From an uncultured virus (IMG/VR IMGVR_UViG_3300034071_000245) (lineage: Duplodnaviria > Heunggongvirae > Uroviricota > Caudoviricetes): DNA of 20,000 nt. The notes below the pieces were generated by a model. That model was not told the DNA's origin. It searched no databases and was given only the letters and a program-made list of their open reading frames with translations. This document shows positions 14,919-20,000 of this stretch, piece by piece. Position numbers and translations under genes: made by a program. The stretch is taken from the IMG/VR virus record IMGVR_UViG_3300034071_000245; one strand, given 5' to 3'. Numbering within the stretch: the stretch's first letter is position 1; each line of letters starts with the position of its first letter.

Positions 14919-16036
14919 TTCACCACCCGCAGTAGGATTGTATCCATGTTGATACGACCGTTAGCCTTAGCTTCTTTTGTTGTGATATTGTCCATAACCT
15001 TGCGAAGATAAATCTTACCACCTTCAAGCAGAGGCTTGATTACTGCTTCGGGTTTACGAAGTTTTTTGGTGATAGAAGTAGCTTCATCATATCCCGTAAT
15101 GGTAGTCCCTCGGACACTAAGGCCCGAATGACCCACGGCATTATACACAGATAGATTGCGAGTTTTAACATTGAACACCCAAAGTTGTTCAGCACCAATA
15201 ATAGTCTTGGGATCGACACTCTTAGCATATAGACAATCCTCGTGTTCGACACAATAACTCATTTTAGCCACTAGAACATGGGCAGGCTTCACCTTCTTCT
15301 TACGGGGCTTGCGAACAGCCTGACCCGCAGAATCCAGTTCAACCATATGATCAATGATACGCTTTATGAATAGAACCATGATCTTAAGAACCGGCTTACG
15401 CCAGTGCTTATACGAGTCAGCCAGTTCTTTGTCTTTGCCTTCGATGGCCTGACAGATTTCTTCGTATTGAGGACGGAAGTGTTCTGCAATCCTCTTCGCA
15501 ATTTGCGGTTTAATTCCCTTCTCAAGGGTCCACTTCTTAACATCAAACTGAATAACTCCTTCTTGAAAGAAGACATCCAGTTGTTCTTCCAGTTCACCGA
15601 TAAGATCGGATGCCTTGTGATTGATACGATCTTGGATCGAGATTACCTTCGTGACGGGCGCTTCCTCTCCTTCAACCACTTCATCGCTTCCTGATGCCGA
15701 GGATGCGAAGGATCGAATACGCTCAATCGTTGTGTCCCAGAGATTATCAGGGAGAGTGGACCCTGCTTCAAGGAGTCGGCAGTTCCATCCGATCCAGTTG
15801 TTGAACTCATGGGGCTTGACTCGGGAGAGTTTGGTAATGATTTCTTTATCATACTTGATAGACTTGAGGTAGGAGATAGCGAACTTGAGAGAATCCTCGG
15901 AAGAATAGAAGTAGTTAAACCAGGTGTAGGCATTAGATAACTCCACCTGTGTAGAGTCCTCAGTAAGGCTCGGTTCGGGACCGAGATACTTTTCATCAGT
16001 GAACTTGGGGCGGCGAACAGCGGTAGCCTTTTTCAC
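14915..16036 (-). CDS. Conserved T4-like phage hypothetical protein
   Basis: Long ORF ending KKLRKPE...NGRINMDTILLRV. Start moved to GTG 16036, preceded by AAGGAG-AAAAAA. Confidence 0.75.
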   Translation of the reverse strand: MKKATAVRRPKFTDEKYLGPEPSLTEDSTQVELSNAYTWFNYFYSSEDSLKFAISYLKSIKYDKEIITKLSRVKPHEFNNWIGWNCRLLEAGSTLPDNLWDTTIERIRSFASSASGSDEVVEGEEAPVTKVISIQDRINHKASDLIGELEEQLDVFFQEGVIQFDVKKWTLEKGIKPQIAKRIAEHFRPQYEEICQAIEGKDKELADSYKHWRKPVLKIMVLFIKRIIDHMVELDSAGQAVRKPRKKKVKPAHVLVAKMSYCVEHEDCLYAKSVDPKTIIGAEQLWVFNVKTRNLSVYNAVGHSGLSVRGTTITGYDEATSITKKLRKPEAVIKPLLEGGKIYLRKVMDNITTKEAKANGRINMDTILLRVVK

Positions 16037-16046
16037 TTTTTTCTCC

Positions 16047-16340
16047 TTATCCGAAGATGTAGCCATAGTCCTTGAACTCGTTGATAACACAAATTCCGTC
16101 TTCAAGGTATCCATAATCATAGCCCATTTCCTCGGCCTTGTCAAGAGCCTCATTTAAGGAAAAGAACACTTCTGATTTTTCAAAGACGGATTTGATTGTC
16201 TGAATGTCGCCATCATAACGGAAAGTTTCCTCATTAAACTTACCGTAAATGGAATCGATAGCATGAGCATAAGCTACCCGATATTCGGGACCCTTTTCAC
16301 TCTCGGTGAAAAGGACATAGATTCCGTTATCAGCAGACAT
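16047..16340 (-). CDS. Hypothetical protein
   Basis: MSADNGIYVL...EYRVAYAHAID. Confidence 0.7.
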   Translation of the reverse strand: MSADNGIYVLFTESEKGPEYRVAYAHAIDSIYGKFNEETFRYDGDIQTIKSVFEKSEVFFSLNEALDKAEEMGYDYGYLEDGICVINEFKDYGYIFG

Positions 16341-16576
16341 TATTCTTCCTCCGGAAGATGATTAGAGAAAAAGGTGAAGATAACCAGACGGAAGAGCCAA
16401 TGTAGCATGAAAGGTGCCCAAAGCGGCGATAGAGCCGCTACCCAGGTCCAGTCATCAAGATGGCCAGTTAGTTTAAGACCGATAAACAGTAGAGCAAGAG
16501 CATCCATGAAATTCACAGGTGCCTGACTTGGGCTCAGATTAATCACTCGCACATTTTCTAGCTTGTTCATGTTCAT
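16340..16576 (-). CDS. Small membrane protein
   Basis: LALLFIGLKLTGHLDDWTWVAALSPLW, a common phage membrane family. Confidence 0.7.
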   Translation of the reverse strand: MNMNKLENVRVINLSPSQAPVNFMDALALLFIGLKLTGHLDDWTWVAALSPLWAPFMLHWLFRLVIFTFFSNHLPEEE

Positions 16577-16580
16577 CTAA

Positions 16581-16679
16581 TTACTTCCTCTTTTGACCTT
16601 TAGTCCGACGCATCTTGCGCTTTGTAGATCCTACCTTACGACGACCCTTGCGAGGTCTATTCTTATGTGGCCACGGCAT
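16581..16679 (-). CDS. Highly basic 32-aa peptide
   Basis: MPWPHKNRPRKGRRKVGSTKRKMRRTKGQKRK; AAGGAG SD; fills the gap exactly. Confidence 0.55.
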   Translation of the reverse strand: MPWPHKNRPRKGRRKVGSTKRKMRRTKGQKRK

Positions 16680-16682
16680 ATA

Positions 16683-16955
16683 TCACTCCTTCAATAGTTG
16701 CTTCACGGAATCAAGACGAAAGGAGCGCCAGCCACCTGCATCGATATCCCATACTGCTTGCACATTGTCATTTAGCTGCCGAGCATTCTTTGGTACCTGA
16801 CCATCATACTCGGAAAGCATAGCAGGCTCAACCTGCGGAACATATAGATCGGAAAGTGTGGCTCGCATAGTGCGTTCCGTTCCGTCTGCCTTTTCAAAAA
16901 CAACGGTAACAACACCGTTCTTTAGGTCTTCCTTTAGAGCATACTTATCAATCAT
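16683..16955 (-). CDS. WYL_2/Sm-like SH3-fold protein
   Basis: VVFEKADGTERTMRAT...VWDIDAGGWRSFRLDSV. Start moved to MIDKY. Confidence 0.7.
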   Translation of the reverse strand: MIDKYALKEDLKNGVVTVVFEKADGTERTMRATLSDLYVPQVEPAMLSEYDGQVPKNARQLNDNVQAVWDIDAGGWRSFRLDSVKQLLKE

Positions 16956-17175
16956 CTTCTTTCTCCCACTCATAATCTTCATCTGCTTCATAGACATAAA
17001 CATCACAGGAAAAATCTTCGTTTACCATTTCGAGCATGGTCGTTTCGGTTTCTCCATCGGAAACTTTCGTTTCACGCAACCATTTATCGGTACCGACACA
17101 TGCATCAGCATATGACGGATAAGTTCCAATTCTAACAGTGCCTAACATAGCAGATTCGAGTTCGGATACCCACAT
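16948..17175 (-). CDS. Acidic hypothetical protein
   Basis: ORF with AAGGA SD in the operon. Confidence 0.6.
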   Translation of the reverse strand: MWVSELESAMLGTVRIGTYPSYADACVGTDKWLRETKVSDGETETTMLEMVNEDFSCDVYVYEADEDYEWEKEDD

Positions 17176-17178
17176 GCT

Positions 17179-17406
17179 TTAGTTTCCTTCGCTGAACAAT
17201 TTTTCTAACTCATTATAGCCCCCAATATACTTTTTGTCAAGTGTTATTATTGGGAAAGTTCGAGCGTCAGGAAACATTTCCAGGATAGTATCCCGATCAA
17301 AATCCTTACCGAGTTTATACTCAGTAAATTCCTTGGCCTTTAGTTTCAGTAGTGTTCTCGCTTTATCGCAAAACACACACTGGTCTTTTGAATACACTGT
17401 AATCAT
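17179..17406 (-). CDS. Glutaredoxin (NrdC/NrdH-like)
   Basis: VYSKDQCVFC, RTFPII, YIGGYNEL. Confidence 0.92.
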   Translation of the reverse strand: MITVYSKDQCVFCDKARTLLKLKAKEFTEYKLGKDFDRDTILEMFPDARTFPIITLDKKYIGGYNELEKLFSEGN

Positions 17407-17412
17407 TCTTCC

Positions 17413-17811
17413 TCACTTCTTTTTCACATGGGACTTTCTAACTCGCACCATAATCCATTCGTTATAGTATTGCTCGGAGATTAGCGCATCCCTATCAAAC
17501 TGTTCCTTAGCCTCATAATACGACGCTTCGCCTTTGCTCTTACATAGACGGATGATTTCTCGGGTGAACTTCTCCTTACCGAAGATTTCCACGTGGTGTA
17601 AAAGTTCTTTATTGCTGCCATAGTAATCCTGCCAATCGGAGTCGACCTGCTTCTTTACTCGCTTACCTTTCTTCTTGGTAGTGCGAGTGAATTTGAATAG
17701 TTTCTTCCCAATATATTTTCGCCCTGTAGGAACACAGGTGATGCAATATACGAAAGCTTGATAGCCTTCTGGGATTTCTTCTAAGGGTTTGTTCTCGTAT
17801 GTCCATGTCAT
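17413..17811 (-). CDS. GIY-YIG (Seg-like) nuclease-domain protein
   Basis: FVYCIT...KYIGKK, DWQDYYGS, FTREII, YYNEWI. Confidence 0.8.
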   Translation of the reverse strand: MTWTYENKPLEEIPEGYQAFVYCITCVPTGRKYIGKKLFKFTRTTKKKGKRVKKQVDSDWQDYYGSNKELLHHVEIFGKEKFTREIIRLCKSKGEASYYEAKEQFDRDALISEQYYNEWIMVRVRKSHVKKK

Positions 17812-17823
17812 ACGAGTATATAG

Positions 17824-18042
17824 TTATTCTTCGTAGTCTTCTATTTCAGGCGGAAACTTCTCGTTAAACACCTCATCAAATGCTGGATCGATATCAAGAT
17901 AGCCGTCCATGCCTTTGATATCAAACTCCTCAAGCACTTCTAAAAGAACCCTATAGACTTGTTCCCTTTCTAGAATGCCAACATCGCTTTCAACTAACTG
18001 TTCAATAAACTGTCCAAATATTGCGGCTCGTTCTCCTGCCAT
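17824..18042 (-). CDS. Acidic hypothetical protein
   Basis: ORF coupled to neighbours. Confidence 0.65.
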   Translation of the reverse strand: MAGERAAIFGQFIEQLVESDVGILEREQVYRVLLEVLEEFDIKGMDGYLDIDPAFDEVFNEKFPPEIEDYEE

Positions 18043-18386
18043 CAGTCTTTATCCTTTCTGAAATAGGACATATAGGCTTGGAACGAATCTACCATTATAT
18101 TATAACCGATGTTGGTTATCATCAAAATATTTCTGTACCACATATGAGTGGTACTCCTTGCCAGTATGTCTGGATCTTTTTCTTTTTTCTTTCGTTTAAA
18201 TTTCTTTCGTAATAATGTTTTGTCACTTATCATATTCTCGATGTATTGTGTTCTTTTTTCATTCAATACTTGTAGAGTGAGCAAGGTGGGATCAGGACCC
18301 ATCACCCTCCTTGCCTTTCTCATTTTCTTTGCTAAGTGTCTAGCAATATGCAACTGTTCATGTAAAATTTCATCCAGTTCATTCAT
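18042..18386 (-). CDS. Hypothetical protein
   Basis: ORF coupled to neighbours by overlaps. Confidence 0.6.
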   Translation of the reverse strand: MNELDEILHEQLHIARHLAKKMRKARRVMGPDPTLLTLQVLNEKRTQYIENMISDKTLLRKKFKRKKKEKDPDILARSTTHMWYRNILMITNIGYNIMVDSFQAYMSYFRKDKD

Positions 18387-18748
18387 AAAAGGTCCATTGT
18401 GAATAATGCACGAACATACTTGTTAGCATCGAACACAATTCGGTTTCTTGCGAATACAACGAAACCAAAGTCGCCCTTGCTCATTGCTTCATTCATGCTT
18501 GTGCCAGTTGTCCATACATCGTCAACAACCAGACGAATAGGGTTCTTAGGGTCAGCATACTTTTCTAATGCTTTGGCTAGCTTCTCTCCTCCACGAGGAA
18601 TACCATATACACGACCAAACTGGGTGCGTTCGCTAATCATCTTAGCAAGACATTCCCAATCTTCATCTGTCAAGGCGTCACACTCAATCTTCCAATCAAG
18701 TTCCTTGCCAGCATGTGAGGTGAATTTGCCGAGTTGAAATAGGTTCAT
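18383..18748 (-). CDS. Type I phosphoribosyltransferase-like protein
   Basis: GIPRGG and PRPP loop LVVDDVWTTGTS. The FTSHAG..LDWKIECD N-terminus resembles the orotate-PRT hood. Confidence 0.8.
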   Translation of the reverse strand: MNLFQLGKFTSHAGKELDWKIECDALTDEDWECLAKMISERTQFGRVYGIPRGGEKLAKALEKYADPKNPIRLVVDDVWTTGTSMNEAMSKGDFGFVVFARNRIVFDANKYVRALFTMDLL

Positions 18749-19101
18749 TGGTTCTGCCCCTTTAGTGTAAAAAGAATCTTTCTAAATTTGTCTGAAACTT
18801 CATAGTTCTTCTGCGAACGATACTCTTGCATATATGCCTCTGAAAGAGCTATCACCATTTGGATGATTTTGTCTGTATCAGTAATCTTTTGTTCCGCCAG
18901 AGAAACTATTCGGTTCAAGTCAACCTTTTCACCTAGGTCTGCAAGACCATTCTGATATTGCGAGAGAAGATGCCTGCCATCTTCGGCAAGTATCTCTTGC
19001 TTTCTTTGTAAAAGGTCATCACGGTAATGGGTTTCCTCATTGACGCCATTCATAATAGCATTTAGAGTTACCCAATCACGCAATTTTTGTTTCCATGTCA
19101 T
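18745..19101 (-). CDS. Hypothetical protein
   Basis: ATGA overlaps at both ends. Confidence 0.6.
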   Translation of the reverse strand: MTWKQKLRDWVTLNAIMNGVNEETHYRDDLLQRKQEILAEDGRHLLSQYQNGLADLGEKVDLNRIVSLAEQKITDTDKIIQMVIALSEAYMQEYRSQKNYEVSDKFRKILFTLKGQNQ

Positions 19102-19496
19102 GGTACAATCCTAATTGTTGTATCGGGATCCTGCTTTACGATCTGATATAGAGTAGCAGCATTCCCTGGAGAAAGGCGAACGCAGCCGTGAGAAGCGGGT
19201 CTGCCCAAAGCACCAACATGAGGAGTAGCGTGAATTGCATAACCACCGCTAAAAAAGATAGAGTGAGGCATTGGGGCATTGTCGAACTTCTTTGAGTAGT
19301 GCATTAGTTGAAGGGAGTAGGGGCGGAAAGTTCCAGTAGGTGTATAATAACCTCGGCGGGCAGTTGAGACGGGCCATTGATACGACCCATAATCACTATC
19401 AACCTGCATCAACTGGTGAGACTTGCTGATGGTGATATCTGTCTGTGCCATAGCTGGTGTTGTTAGTAGCATTGCTGCAATAAGTAGTTTCTTCAT
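19098..19496 (-). CDS. Secreted L,D-transpeptidase (YkuD family)
   Basis: Signal peptide MKKLLIAAMLLTTPAMA, WPVST, TPTG, AIHAT...ASHGCVRL. Start moved to 19496 (GGAG SD). Confidence 0.9.
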   Translation of the reverse strand: MKKLLIAAMLLTTPAMAQTDITISKSHQLMQVDSDYGSYQWPVSTARRGYYTPTGTFRPYSLQLMHYSKKFDNAPMPHSIFFSGGYAIHATPHVGALGRPASHGCVRLSPGNAATLYQIVKQDPDTTIRIVP

Positions 19497-19518
19497 TTCA
19501 CTTTCTCCATTTTCTTCT

Positions 19519-19767
19519 CTATTTACGATATTTGTCCATAATTGCATTGGCATCATCGTTATGTTGTTGAGCCATTTTTCTGTGGTGATCCTGAGATATA
19601 GGACTCTTAGTGCCCTTTGCTTTAGCGAGTCTATTTGCTTCCATATTTCTAAGAGAAATATATTTTCTTCTATCATTAGAATCTGTAATCGACTTAGATT
19701 CTTCATCTAAACTTTCTTCCCTAAGAGAACGGAACTTTTCTATGAAACTTTCTTTGATATCGGACAT
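19519..19767 (-). CDS. Hypothetical protein (likely late)
   Basis: AGGA SD; lies downstream of TATAAATA. Confidence 0.6.
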   Translation of the reverse strand: MSDIKESFIEKFRSLREESLDEESKSITDSNDRRKYISLRNMEANRLAKAKGTKSPISQDHHRKMAQQHNDDANAIMDKYRK

Positions 19768-19853
19768 TTGTAAATCCTATGTTTGCTAAATAGAGGTGTA
19801 GGTCACAGGGCCGCATACCCTCACCTACTCTAACGCTAACTTGGAGCGCCAGC

Positions 19854-20000
19854 ATGTCTATTTATAGATCCCATCAACCACAGCGTCTAAATCAACCGAA
19901 CGGTATGATTCCTCTTCCAAGCAAGGAAGAGTTCCTCCACCTATACCAAGACCAAAACAAATCCCGACAAGAGTTAGCATTATACTACAAAGTTCATAAA
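19854..20000 (+). CDS. Partial divergent ORF with HTH-like N-terminus (possible homing endonuclease)
   Basis: GGAG SD; open to the window edge: MSIYRSHQ...PSKEEFLHLYQDQNKSRQELALYYKVHK. Confidence 0.5.
   Translation, partial: MSIYRSHQPQRLNQPNGMIPLPSKEEFLHLYQDQNKSRQELALYYKVHK
19859..19866 (-). promoter_or_regulatory. T4-type late promoter TATAAATA
   Basis: tatttata on the plus strand, about 90 nt upstream of the 19767 start. Confidence 0.55.

Noticed and set aside
19497..19706. N-terminal extension of the L,D-transpeptidase
   Set aside because: The signal peptide and SD define the start at 19496; the extension overlaps the 82-aa gene
222..19710. Plus-strand ORFs in the track
   Set aside because: They are antisense shadows of well-supported minus-strand genes and show no motifs
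1..20000. tRNA genes, introns or inteins
   Set aside because: No cloverleaf or T-loop signatures were seen in the short intergenic gaps, and ligase, RtcB and RNase H are of normal uninterrupted length. This was an eye check only

Overview
This window is a densely packed segment of a large lytic T4-like phage, coded almost entirely on the minus strand. The host is probably alphaproteobacterial (rhizobial), judging by the L,D-transpeptidase type; that assignment is inference. Recognisable core and accessory genes are PhoH, two FmdB-like small proteins, a DenV-like protein, ATP-dependent DNA ligase, an alpha/beta hydrolase, RtcB, two stand-alone GIY-YIG proteins, a SprT-like protease, T4-type RNase H, glutaredoxin, a phosphoribosyltransferase and an L,D-transpeptidase. 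The centre (about 5.1-12.5 kb) is an early region of small genes driven by sigma70-type promoters. Four observations stand out. (1) Four promoters each carry a conserved 19-bp palindrome (GTGCGACA-N3-TGTCGCAC) placed at about 10-bp helical increments from the -35 box and resembling RegR/RegA/PrrA boxes. (2) A PD-(D/E)xK nuclease plus amino-methyltransferase pair has its promoter inside a long hairpin that would hide the nuclease RBS on read-through RNA. (3) A possible RNA-repair/ribosome-rescue toolkit is present: RtcB followed by an unlisted ArfA-like ORF with a terminator-like hairpin inside its 3' end, a cyclic-phosphate-processing receiver domain, and a protein with a MazE-like C-terminal tail. 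(4) An exact 18-nt inverted repeat links the rtcB downstream hairpin to a gene 1 kb away. All family calls are from motif recognition by eye; no searches were run.
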